A DNA stretch of 40,393 bases from Candidatus Hodarchaeota archaeon (GTDB lineage Archaea > Asgardarchaeota > Lokiarchaeia > Sigyniarchaeales > SOKP01): assembly GCA_048886685.1 (NCBI GenBank), contig JBHLKM010000025.1:1-40393 (forward strand), read 5' to 3'. Made by a program: the position numbers and the translations under genes. Below, one piece after another: positions 1 through 8,826 of this stretch. The notes under the pieces were generated by a model that was given only the letters and a program-made list of their open reading frames with translations, was not told the DNA's origin and ran no database searches. Position 1 is the first letter of the stretch. Each line of letters starts with the position of its first letter.

Positions 1-588
1 AAAGAAATCACTCAATTTGACAAGACGGTGGAGAAGATCGAGCAAGATTTGATTGAATACACAAGGAAATTTCGCTTTTTCGTGTTTCAAAATCTTTCTC
101 ATTCCAAGATTTATGCAGCATTCATCATAAAGAAGAGATTAACTCAAGTAGAGCTAAGGAATCTAACAGGTTTGTCTACGGGAGTCATTTCCGAAGGTTT
201 AAGGTATTTCCTTGATCATAGATTAATACAGAAGTACAAAACACCCAGAAAAAGGAAAAAATATTATATTATGGAATCCATTGGACTTGCCAACTTTACG
301 CGCTTTCATGAGCGTCTTCATACATTTACGAACTTCAAACCCATTGTGGAGGAGATGATACGTGAAATACAAGATCGTGAAGAAGAACTAAAAAAATTAC
401 ATGGCTTCACTAAAATAAGAGATAATCTCCATTCCTTCAAGCAGTTGATCCCCATCTACGGATTATTTGAAAATTTAATTAAGGAAAAAATTAGGAAATA
501 TCAGAATCAGATAATAATCACTCGAAAAGACATTTTCAATACAATGCTGGATAATTACCAATTCAGCCTACCAAGGAAAAGTAATTAG
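1..588 (+). CDS. GbsR/MarR-like winged-helix transcriptional regulator, 5'-truncated by window edge
   Basis: Frame is open from position 1; wHTH pattern LTQVELRNLTGLSTGVISEGLRYFLDHRLIQK...RKKYY. Confidence 0.7.
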   Translation, partial: KEITQFDKTVEKIEQDLIEYTRKFRFFVFQNLSHSKIYAAFIIKKRLTQVELRNLTGLSTGVISEGLRYFLDHRLIQKYKTPRKRKKYYIMESIGLANFTRFHERLHTFTNFKPIVEEMIREIQDREEELKKLHGFTKIRDNLHSFKQLIPIYGLFENLIKEKIRKYQNQIIITRKDIFNTMLDNYQFSLPRKSN

Positions 589-612
589 CTTTAATTTTTT
601 TCCTAATTATGT

Positions 613-708
613 TCAACGAAGTCGAAAATTTTTTTTGCGTGATGTTGCGGTAAATTGGATATATTTATAGTTGTACATTTTTTTGTTTGGGTTCGATTTT
701 TGGCTCAT
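613..708 (-). pseudogene. 31-aa ORF / 5' gene fragment with strong RBS
   Basis: Minus strand GGAGGAAAATACAA-ATG, then MSQKSNPNKKMYNYKYIQFTATSRKKNFRLR*; lies ~45 bp from repeat copy 1. Confidence 0.3.
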
Positions 709-752
709 TTGTATTTTCCTCCGTTTTAAGAGACACAAGGTTCGAGCCTTTT

Positions 753-823
753 TAAATTTTGTCCCAATTTTCTGTGAAATTTGGTTGGAAAGGTAAATTC
801 AGCGTCTGATTTCAATGAAAATT
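753..823 (+). repeat. Array repeat copy 1 (long form; right end diverged)
   Basis: taaattttgtcccaattttctgtgaaat left extension, then the first 36 nt of the 45-bp core exact (from 788). Confidence 0.9.
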
Positions 824-843
824 TAATGAAGAAATAAAGTCTA

Positions 844-1038
844 TTGTTGTTAAAAATAACTAAAATTATTAGAATCGAAATTTTAGTACATAATGCTTTT
901 AAGGAAACGTTTGGGGGAAAAATCAATAAACTCAAATATGTCGATCGATTTGAGAAAATGACTTTCTCACTTATTTTCAGTGTATTTTTCTTAATACTAG
1001 GAACTGTACTAATGGTTTTTTCATATTCGATTGAATAA
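844..1038 (+). pseudogene. Short ORF, probably the 3' remnant of a membrane protein gene
   Basis: TTG start, no clear RBS; C-terminal TM segment FSLIFSVFFLILGTVLMVF; begins right after repeat copy 1. Confidence 0.3.
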
Positions 1039-1094
1039 TAATTAAAATTTTTTTTTTAAAATTTTTTAAAAATTATATCCTTAAAGGATATAAT

Positions 1095-1109
1095 TTATCA
1101 TATGAAGTT
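1095..1109 (+). repeat. Secondary motif TTATCATATGAAGTT copy A
   Basis: Identical 15-mer at 1699-1713; variant TTATATGAAGTTAGG at 11608-11622. Confidence 0.55.
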
Positions 1110-1287
1110 CCTGAAAGTAAATATTAATAGGAAAAAATTATACCATTTTCAGGATAAGTTGTCATGGAAAGGTACCAGGAAGCAGTCTGATCCTATTATT
1201 ATCGATTCAATTAAAAGTCTTAAGTAGTATGTCAAAATCACTCATAACGGATATATTTAAGAGAAATATTTAGATATTTGAGACTTT

Positions 1288-1557
1288 TTAAATTTTTCTT
1301 AGTTTTTTAACCTTTTCTTTATTAACTTTTTTAATTTCTTTTTTTAAGAGTATTATAACGGCATTTAATTCAGCCTTTCTTGACTTTAGTTTAGTGATAC
1401 CTGAATGATCTACTCTCTTTGTATCGTGTAACAATGCTTTTTCAATTTGATTCAATTCCTTATGTTTTACTGCTAATTTAGCCTCTAACTCTTTCAATTT
1501 GGTCTTGTATTCTGACTTAATTTTATTAATCAAGTTCGATTTTGATGGATTAGACAT
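1288..1557 (-). CDS. Small basic coiled-coil hypothetical protein
   Basis: 89 aa, Lys-rich heptad pattern; GAGGT RBS upstream on minus strand. Confidence 0.7.
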   Translation of the reverse strand: MSNPSKSNLINKIKSEYKTKLKELEAKLAVKHKELNQIEKALLHDTKRVDHSGITKLKSRKAELNAVIILLKKEIKKVNKEKVKKLRKI

Positions 1558-1681
1558 AAGATAACCTCAGTTCGGATTCAGTAATATATAAAAAGTTTCT
1601 CTAAGAATTAATAATGAACTTTAGAATTAAATCTAATCTATCTCATAAAAATTTTAGATATTTGATTGGAAAAAATGGATG

Positions 1682-1716
1682 TAACTTCAAGAGTAGGCTT
1701 ATCATATGAAGTTAGG
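1682..1716 (+). repeat. Secondary motif copy B inside inverted repeat TAACTTCA-N17-TGAAGTTA
   Basis: taacttca 1682-1689 and tgaagtta 1707-1714. Confidence 0.55.
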
Positions 1717-1764
1717 GTTTTATAAATTTCTCTAATGATTTCCTAAATTTTATGTATCATGAGA

Positions 1765-1809
1765 GAAAGGTAAATTCAGCGTCTGATTTTCATGAAAATT
1801 CCTTTGAAA
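1765..1809 (+). repeat. Array repeat copy 2
   Basis: 43/45 match to consensus; stub of left extension (ttcctaaatttt) at 1740-1751. Confidence 0.92.
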
Positions 1810-1884
1810 TGATTAGTAGTTCCAAAATCTTTTAAAGATATATCACTTCTTTTCTTATAATCTTAAAAGTGTAAACCAATAAAA

Positions 1885-3906
1885 ATGCCTGAATCCGCTC
1901 CTAATGACTTGAGACACGCTGAAAATTTAAGGCGTGAAGGGAAGCTTCAAGAAGCTCTTGAAGTTATAAATAATATTGAAAAGAAAGGAACACTCACACC
2001 TGGGGATCAGTTAACATTACTTATTTCAAAAGGAAAAATTTTAACTGTGTATCAATTATATGAGGAAACTACTAAAGTTGGGAAATTAGCATATCGCTTG
2101 AGTAAGACATTAGGAAGACCTCATGATATTATTTATTCTCTTCTTTTTAAAGCAAGCTGTTCCTTTCTCGGAAAACCTGAGAAAGCTCTTAAATATCTTT
2201 CTGAAGCTGATAATTTACTCTATTCTCTCTCTGATGTCTCACCTTCATATTTCGACAGACAAATGAAAAATATTTTATTCAAGAAATCATGGGCTCATTT
2301 CTATAAAGGAGATATGAATGAAGCCTTAGAATCAGCACTTAAATGTTTAGAATTGCAGGATAAATATGGACATAAGGGTGATGCTGCATACACTTTACAG
2401 GTGTTAGGAAGCATATACATTTTTAAAGGCGATTATGATCTAGCTCTTGATTATATTTCGAGGAGTTTACCATTGTTGGAAGGAATAGGTGATCAAGCAG
2501 CATTAGCAACAACTCATAATCAAATAGGGGCTCTTTCATTTCTTAAGGGTGACCTCAACCAGGCAATAGAATATTGCAAGAAGAGTTTATCCTCTAAAAT
2601 GATTAGTAATCGAACGAAAGTAGAAAATTTACGCATTCTAGGCTGGATTTATGATAACCGAGGTGAAATTGATAAAGCCTTAGTGTATTACAAACAGGGA
2701 ATTGCTCTAGCAGAGAAAGAGAATATCTATGATCTTTTTGTCTCATTTCAATCCAATATTGGGGGTATATATCTCCAAAAGGGAGAGTATGATCTTGCAT
2801 TAGAATTTTTAGAGACTAGTTTATCACTTGCAGAAGAAATTAATGATGTTATGGGAATATTCCTTTCAATAAATTTTCTGGTAACAATATATCTTGATAG
2901 AGATGATTATGACCAAGTAAATATATACTTGAAACAATTGAAAAAATATGAAACAGAATACATGATGTCTTATGGCTTTCGATTTTTAAAAGCGAGATCA
3001 TTAATTAAAAAAGGAGGGAGTCGTAATCGAACTGAAGCAGAGACATTGTTAAAACAAGTAGCTAACGAGGAAACTAATGTATACTTAAAAACAGGTTCTC
3101 TGATCTATCTTTGTGAGTTTTATATCGAGGAATTAAATCTATTTGAAGATATAGAAGTACTACAAGAGATTAATCCCTTAGTGGAACAATTGTATAAAAT
3201 TTCAGAGGAGCAACGTATGTATGGGGTCTTAGCTGAAGCAAAGTTATTGCAAGCAAAAGTAGCATTAATTCAAATGGAGTTCGACGAGGCGCAAAAATTA
3301 TTGACTCAAGCTCAACGTGTAGCTGAGTTATATGGAATTAAGAATACCGCTCAAAAAATCTCAAGCGAACATGATAATTACTTAAAAAAGCTGAACGAAT
3401 GGAAAACTTTGAAAGAAAAAGATGCTCCAGTGTCAGAACGTTTAAAATTAGCAGAAGTTGATGACGTTGTAGAACGATTGCAAAGAAAAGGTGTGGTAGA
3501 GCCACCTGAATTAGTTGAAGAAGAACCGATCGTATTATTGATCATTGATAAAAGTGGGATTTCGTATTTTAATTATCCATTTAAAAAAGATTGGGATTTT
3601 GAGTGGCTATTCAGTTCGTTCATGTCAGCATTTGAGACCTTTAGTTCTGAAGTATTTTCCGAATCGATTGATCGTATCAAAATTGGCGAAAACTTAATTC
3701 TTATCAACCCGATTGAATTTTTTCTCGTCTGTTATGTAATAAAAGGGCAATCCTATCCGGGTTTACAGAAGTTAAACCGGTTCTCAAATGCTATTAAAGA
3801 TAATTCTGAAATCTGGGAATCCTTGAAAAGAGCAGTTAAAACGGGTGAAGCTTTAGATTTAAATAAACTCCCCGCGCTTAAGATGGTGATCGATGAGATT
3901 TTTTAA
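1885..3906 (+). CDS. Tetratricopeptide-repeat protein (MalT-like TPRs) with C-terminal longin/roadblock-like domain
   Basis: Repeated TPR motifs (LGSIYIFKGDYDLALDY, IGGIYLQKGEYDLALEF); C-terminal IVLLIIDKSGISYF...LFSSFMSAF...FLVCYVIKG. Confidence 0.85.
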   Translation: MPESAPNDLRHAENLRREGKLQEALEVINNIEKKGTLTPGDQLTLLISKGKILTVYQLYEETTKVGKLAYRLSKTLGRPHDIIYSLLFKASCSFLGKPEKALKYLSEADNLLYSLSDVSPSYFDRQMKNILFKKSWAHFYKGDMNEALESALKCLELQDKYGHKGDAAYTLQVLGSIYIFKGDYDLALDYISRSLPLLEGIGDQAALATTHNQIGALSFLKGDLNQAIEYCKKSLSSKMISNRTKVENLRILGWIYDNRGEIDKALVYYKQGIALAEKENIYDLFVSFQSNIGGIYLQKGEYDLALEFLETSLSLAEEINDVMGIFLSINFLVTIYLDRDDYDQVNIYLKQLKKYETEYMMSYGFRFLKARSLIKKGGSRNRTEAETLLKQVANEETNVYLKTGSLIYLCEFYIEELNLFEDIEVLQEINPLVEQLYKISEEQRMYGVLAEAKLLQAKVALIQMEFDEAQKLLTQAQRVAELYGIKNTAQKISSEHDNYLKKLNEWKTLKEKDAPVSERLKLAEVDDVVERLQRKGVVEPPELVEEEPIVLLIIDKSGISYFNYPFKKDWDFEWLFSSFMSAFETFSSEVFSESIDRIKIGENLILINPIEFFLVCYVIKGQSYPGLQKLNRFSNAIKDNSEIWESLKRAVKTGEALDLNKLPALKMVIDEIF

Positions 3907-3968
3907 ATTTTCCTCCAATTTTCTGTGAAATTTGAATGGAAAGGTAAATTCAGAGTTTAACTTTAATA
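3904..3968 (+). repeat. Array repeat copy 3 (long form, right half degenerate)
   Basis: taaattttcctccaattttctgtgaaat extension starts at the TPR stop codon; core exact for 15 nt (3939-3953), then degenerate. Confidence 0.85.
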
Positions 3969-3979
3969 ATATTAATCGT

Positions 3980-4636
3980 TCAATCTCCAGAGTCAGCTGG
4001 GGTGGCACTTTCCGCATCACGGATTACCCTTCTAACCCCTTTTCCAATAGGCTCGCTACCGATAAGTTCTTTCATTCTATTTTTTACTTGTTTTTTATGT
4101 TCTTTACCAAATATATTTTTATATGAACTAGTTGCTCTTAATAAGCTTAACACATACCAAGAGGATTTATCAGGTAGAGGTTTGTTTTCTAAAAGTATTT
4201 CTCTTATATTATTAAAGACTTGTTCTCTGAGATCATTATTAACAAAATCGACAGTAACAGTAGGGAGAAATCTTTTTATATTAAATGAGAGTTTCATATA
4301 GTTTAAAGATTCTAGGTGATCAGTAAAAAGTTGAAATATGTAAACCCCATTTTTTAGTATACTATTAATATAATATTTGATCTTCTTATTGTTTTCTAAT
4401 TGTGAAAGATAAGATAAAACACCATCAAGGAAATTATCTTCTATGGGCGATGTATCAATAATATTAATACTATTACCAACTATTTCAACTTTTCCAAGAA
4501 CTGTTAAATCCATTAATACAGAACCTGCTAATCCATATCCCATAGTTCTTGGGCCGAAATATGGAATAGCGGCAATCTTATTCGCATTAAATAGTGTATA
4601 TATATCAGAAACATATAATATAGCCATTACTTTCAA
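3980..4636 (-). CDS. GPP34 / GOLPH3-Vps74 family protein
   Basis: GLAGSVLMDLTVLGKVEI...D.FLD.VL motif and ~210-aa size typical of prokaryotic GPP34 homologues. Confidence 0.7.
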   Translation of the reverse strand: MKVMAILYVSDIYTLFNANKIAAIPYFGPRTMGYGLAGSVLMDLTVLGKVEIVGNSINIIDTSPIEDNFLDGVLSYLSQLENNKKIKYYINSILKNGVYIFQLFTDHLESLNYMKLSFNIKRFLPTVTVDFVNNDLREQVFNNIREILLENKPLPDKSSWYVLSLLRATSSYKNIFGKEHKKQVKNRMKELIGSEPIGKGVRRVIRDAESATPADSGD

Positions 4637-4733
4637 TCCTCATTGTTAGACTTTTATTGCTATTATGTCAATAAAGTTGATAAATGAATTTTTATTTAAA
4701 CATTCTGGGTCTACTTGACACATAATTCTATAA

Positions 4734-4778
4734 AAAAGTTAAATTCAGCGTCTGATTTCAATGAAAATTCCTGTGAAA
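4734..4778 (+). repeat. Array repeat copy 4
   Basis: 42/45 match to consensus; two mismatches at the left end. Confidence 0.9.
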
Positions 4779-4896
4779 ATATTAAATCTTCACTATGAAA
4801 TCCAAAACCATTTTCCAGAGGAAAGATAAAAAAAAAAAAGGGATTTCTTTTAATTTGTTTTAGCAATTTTGAGTTACTTAAGAAATCTTACTCAGA

Positions 4897-5337
4897 TCAT
4901 CTCTTTTCAGAATAAAGCTTGAAGTTTACGTGACCTATTCCTCCACCTTCTAACCCTGGATCCAAACATCCAGCGATTCCAGCAAAGATCGAGTCATTAA
5001 GTTCATCTAGATCGTCGATGTTTTTGCTATAAAGTTCTATACCGCGTTCCCAAGCCTGTTGCACAGAAATAAGCACAGGAATGAGTGCCCTAGGGCAAAG
5101 AGGACAAGTGGATTCCTTCGCGTTTAAGAACGGGTCAAAAACAATCTTGTCTCCTACCTTGATTTGTGCGAAGCAGTATTTGGAAGATACAACTTCAGCA
5201 ATGAGCTTAGTTCCCATCGTTTTCGCTGCATTTGCAAATATCTTCTCTATATTCCGTGGAACCTTAGCCATATCTTCATCAGATACGCCTATGACATTTT
5301 TTAATACGTTTTTAGCTATCTCATCCATAATTTTCAC
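4897..5337 (-). CDS. Cys-rich TIGR04076-like hypothetical protein
   Basis: AEVVSSKYC...KVGDKIVF...CPRAL...CLDP pattern. Confidence 0.6.
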   Translation of the reverse strand: MKIMDEIAKNVLKNVIGVSDEDMAKVPRNIEKIFANAAKTMGTKLIAEVVSSKYCFAQIKVGDKIVFDPFLNAKESTCPLCPRALIPVLISVQQAWERGIELYSKNIDDLDELNDSIFAGIAGCLDPGLEGGGIGHVNFKLYSEKR

Positions 5338-5392
5338 CCCCTTTTAAGTTTTTCATATAGATCTCATGAGGGATAAAGAGTAAGAAGAATAT

Positions 5393-5410
5393 TTTCCTTA
5401 AAAGCCTTTG
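5393..5410 (-). promoter_or_regulatory. Putative BRE-TATA promoter (CAAAGGCTTTTAAGGAAA)
   Basis: Identical 18-mer at 6843-6860; both lie ~55-65 bp upstream of minus-strand genes. Confidence 0.55.
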
Positions 5411-5488
5411 GCACAAAGTAATTGAACGATTAAAAAGCCCTAAAATTCATAATTTTTAATATCTCAAATACATTACCCACACAAGATG

Positions 5489-5533
5489 GAAAGGTAAATT
5501 TAGCGTCTGATTTCAATGAAAATTCCTTTGAAA
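5489..5533 (+). repeat. Array repeat copy 5
   Basis: 44/45 match to consensus. Confidence 0.95.
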
Positions 5534-5551
5534 AAAAAAATTAAATCGAAC

Positions 5552-6778
5552 TTAATTTTTAATAAGATTATACTTCTTTTTTATCTTTTTAGAGATAAAT
5601 CTTACGCCGAGGATCATTAATGGTAAGAACATTGCCAGTGAATACCCTGGTATTGCAGGATTCGATGGTTGAAAATTACCTATTGCAGCTATAATGAAAT
5701 TATCAATAATGTAAAGATATGTATATGTAAAGTCAGTAACAATTGCTGCCGTAAAAACTACAGTCAAATTATGAGCGGGAATTAGAAATATACATTGACC
5801 AAGCAATCCAGCAGTATGATATGAATATTCATCCATCCATACTAAATAGCCGTAAAATCCATTGGGTTGAGGTGTACCTACTTTAAGCATCCAATTTTCA
5901 GAAATTACCTGCGTGCCATTCCACGTTCCATTATTTAACATTAAGAGCCCAATTCTAGACATAGCTTGAGGTGTGAAATAAAGACCGTATCCTCCAAAAT
6001 TAATCTCTTGACTATTTTCTTGCCAGTAGAAATCTTCTTGAGAAATTCCAATAGGATCAAATAAATATTCCTGTGCAAAATCGGAAGTTTTTTGGCCCGA
6101 TGATTTATTTATTATAGCGGATAAGAGGTGTGTGGAAGCGGAACTGTATCTAAAAGCAGTACCAGGGGTACTATAAAGAGTAGGATTTAAAATTTCTTGA
6201 ATTGTTTGATCCCAATTCCATTCAGGGTCGGTATCTCCGTAGATACCTGAAGTCATCGTTAATAGATGTTCAATACTGATATCTTCTTTGCTGGGTGTAC
6301 TATAATTTAGTGTGGGGAAAAAAGATGAGAAAGTCCGATTTACGTTATCAATAAATCCTTTATCGATAGCGATTCCTATTAAAAGGGCGATTATTGTTTT
6401 AGTGGATGAAAATTGAACATGTAAAGATCCGTTAATTACTACATCTATGCCATAAAAATCAGGTTCCGGACCGTAGCTTTTTTCCTCCCTTAATTTATAT
6501 CCGGAGATGTATTCTTCATGAATGAGAAATCCATTACGAACAATTGAAACACTATGTAAATTAATGCTATATGCCTCAATATATTCATACATCTTATAGA
6601 TTGTTGTATTATTCATGCCTTGATCAGATGGATCAGTAACATTCCATTCATTTGTAGGCCAATATGTTGCGGTTTTTACCTGCCCTTTTACTATTCCTGT
6701 CATCAAAAATGCACTGGTAAACATCAGTAATACGAAAACCATTAGAGTTGTTTTCTTCCAATTAAATCTCATTTTCAT
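5552..6778 (-). CDS. Secreted beta-lactamase-family serine hydrolase with Loki-CTERM-type anchor
   Basis: Signal peptide; SxxK (FSSTKT), HLLTMTSG, FRYSS, GYGYL-like motifs; C-terminal AIPGY-TM-KKIKKK. Confidence 0.9.
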   Translation of the reverse strand: MKMRFNWKKTTLMVFVLLMFTSAFLMTGIVKGQVKTATYWPTNEWNVTDPSDQGMNNTTIYKMYEYIEAYSINLHSVSIVRNGFLIHEEYISGYKLREEKSYGPEPDFYGIDVVINGSLHVQFSSTKTIIALLIGIAIDKGFIDNVNRTFSSFFPTLNYSTPSKEDISIEHLLTMTSGIYGDTDPEWNWDQTIQEILNPTLYSTPGTAFRYSSASTHLLSAIINKSSGQKTSDFAQEYLFDPIGISQEDFYWQENSQEINFGGYGLYFTPQAMSRIGLLMLNNGTWNGTQVISENWMLKVGTPQPNGFYGYLVWMDEYSYHTAGLLGQCIFLIPAHNLTVVFTAAIVTDFTYTYLYIIDNFIIAAIGNFQPSNPAIPGYSLAMFLPLMILGVRFISKKIKKKYNLIKN

Positions 6779-6842
6779 CGTAGATTTTCTTTTTTTTGTT
6801 TTACATTTTTACGTAATTGAATTCAAAATTAAGGAAGATATG

Positions 6843-6860
6843 TTTCCTTAAAAGCCTTTG
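6843..6860 (-). promoter_or_regulatory. Putative BRE-TATA promoter (second copy)
   Basis: Identical to 5393-5410. Confidence 0.55.
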
Positions 6861-7139
6861 TTACAGAATATCAAAATATCTGTAATCTTTTGTTTATGAA
6901 CCCATTTAATAAGTTTTATTTTATCAAAAAGCCTTTTAGCAAATATTTCTTTCTGTTCAAGATAATAATTTATATAATTGTACTGTCTTTTGTCTTCTTA
7001 ACTTCCTACGGGAGTGTTCACCGAAGTTTTTACTTAAGCATTTAAAGTGTTTCTTCTCAGTTCTGAAATTATGGAATCTTTTTAAACAAAAATCACTATT
7101 ATAATCTTGATTATTATAAAAGATCTTCATTAAATACTG

Positions 7140-8681
7140 ATGGAAATACGAAACGCCTTTAAAAAAGTGGTACATTTTGCCAATTGGGAATATAAGGAAA
7201 AGCGACCTAAATCAGTGAAGGTCTTACGAGTCAAAAGTAAAAGTGTATTGTCTTTAGGCGTACTACCTGAACTTCAAATTCGAACTATTGGACCAATTGT
7301 CTTTATTATTGTATCTGATTATGGAGATACTTTGAGGATTTATTTCTTCAATCGCAATGGAGAACGAGTGGGCGTTCAGAATTATGTACCAACACCAAAA
7401 TTTCTAAAAAAGCTAGATAAATCTACTATCGCAAAATATCAGCTTCCTAAAAAGGAACGAATAGAAATTATTGACGATGCGCTAATAGCTCGACGAGAAT
7501 TCAATAAAATTCATCACCATATCAGCAATGCATTAGGAATTTACCATAAATATCCTTACACCGTCTTGGTAAAAAAAGAATTGCCATTAAATTTAAGTCG
7601 AAAACTCGGATGTGAGAGAGTTAGAAAAGAATTCCATATCCCATTTGAACTAATCAATAAAAATTATCTTGAATTTATAGCCGTTGTTGAGTGGTTTTAC
7701 TCCTATCTCACACAATCTATTCTGCTATCAGAAAAAAGCATAAATGAGAATATATTACATGATTTAGCACTTCTCCTTACTACGATATTTAATCTACAAT
7801 TCATAGATAAAATAAAGGAATTAAAACTCACATCCTATGATCTTTCAATTCAAGATAAAAAATTTAATTTAACGAAAGAGTTGGAATTATCGCTTTCATC
7901 TCTTCCTCATATAAAATCGAAGAAAAAGTTATTAGTGTTGCTGAAAAACTATTGCACCATGCTAAAATTACTTAATCGCTATCGAATTTCTTTATCTTTG
8001 CTTGAGGTCATCCAATTATTTATAACATCATGTGAAATATTCAATGTAAACACTGATGCACATGTTTTCTATACTGAAGAGAAATATAATAAACGCTATT
8101 ACTTTTACTTTCGAGTGTTTTCAAAAGCACACGATTTATCAAAAGAGCTTCAAATGGAGCGATTAAAATTCAAAACTTTTTTGCTTTCGTATATCTTTGG
8201 ATTAAATGTTCTAACCTCAGAAGAACGCAATAAAACGCCTTATACTTTATCAGAAGTCATAGAAAACGTAGGTAAGCTAATTAAAAACCTTGAGGTCTAT
8301 GAGGGTATACGTAGGCTTGACGAGTTTGCTTCAGATATGATCTCTGAATATATCCTCAAGTATCTGAAGTTTAATACGATTGATACTATAGAAAATGATT
8401 TGTTAGAATTCACTCTAGAAATTGAAAATCAGAGTAATGATGTTGTCCAAGATTTTGAGTTTGAATTAATATGGAAGCCGAAGAACAGAATTATACTTAT
8501 TTCACAAGAAAAACGAATTAAATCTCCCGATCTGCATGAGCGATTAGAGAGGGAATATCAATTTATAATTCAATCTCAAGGTTCAATAAATTTTACTTGC
8601 CAAATCTCATTTTCCAATCCTCTTTTTCAAGATGAAATTATCAGAAAAAATATTGAACTTCAAAAAATAATGCTGAAATAA
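7140..8681 (+). CDS. Hypothetical protein (possible C-terminal beta-sandwich)
   Basis: 513-aa ORF; no recognised catalytic motif. Confidence 0.7.
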   Translation: MEIRNAFKKVVHFANWEYKEKRPKSVKVLRVKSKSVLSLGVLPELQIRTIGPIVFIIVSDYGDTLRIYFFNRNGERVGVQNYVPTPKFLKKLDKSTIAKYQLPKKERIEIIDDALIARREFNKIHHHISNALGIYHKYPYTVLVKKELPLNLSRKLGCERVRKEFHIPFELINKNYLEFIAVVEWFYSYLTQSILLSEKSINENILHDLALLLTTIFNLQFIDKIKELKLTSYDLSIQDKKFNLTKELELSLSSLPHIKSKKKLLVLLKNYCTMLKLLNRYRISLSLLEVIQLFITSCEIFNVNTDAHVFYTEEKYNKRYYFYFRVFSKAHDLSKELQMERLKFKTFLLSYIFGLNVLTSEERNKTPYTLSEVIENVGKLIKNLEVYEGIRRLDEFASDMISEYILKYLKFNTIDTIENDLLEFTLEIENQSNDVVQDFEFELIWKPKNRIILISQEKRIKSPDLHERLEREYQFIIQSQGSINFTCQISFSNPLFQDEIIRKNIELQKIMLK

Positions 8682-8755
8682 TTAAAATATATTTACGTAT
8701 TCCAGACTAAATTGGACTAATCTCAGCTGGTTAAATACTCTAAGATGAAAGTGTT

Positions 8756-8800
8756 GAAAGGTAAATTCAGCGTCTGATTTCAATGAAAATTCCTTTGAAA
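8756..8800 (+). repeat. Array repeat copy 6 (equals consensus)
   Basis: 45/45. Confidence 0.95.
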
Positions 8801-8826
8801 AAACTTTAAAGGTTTTTGATTAGATT

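Noticed and set aside
736-752. tRNA T-arm-like GGTTCGAGCC next to repeat copy 1
   Set aside because: Weak stem with no acceptor, D or anticodon arms; not supportable as a tRNA or tRNA-derived att site.
726-935. 69-aa ORF containing FSLKSDAEFTFP
   Set aside because: It is the antisense translation of repeat copy 1; variation among copies shows no evident codon pattern. The same applies to 3932-4126.
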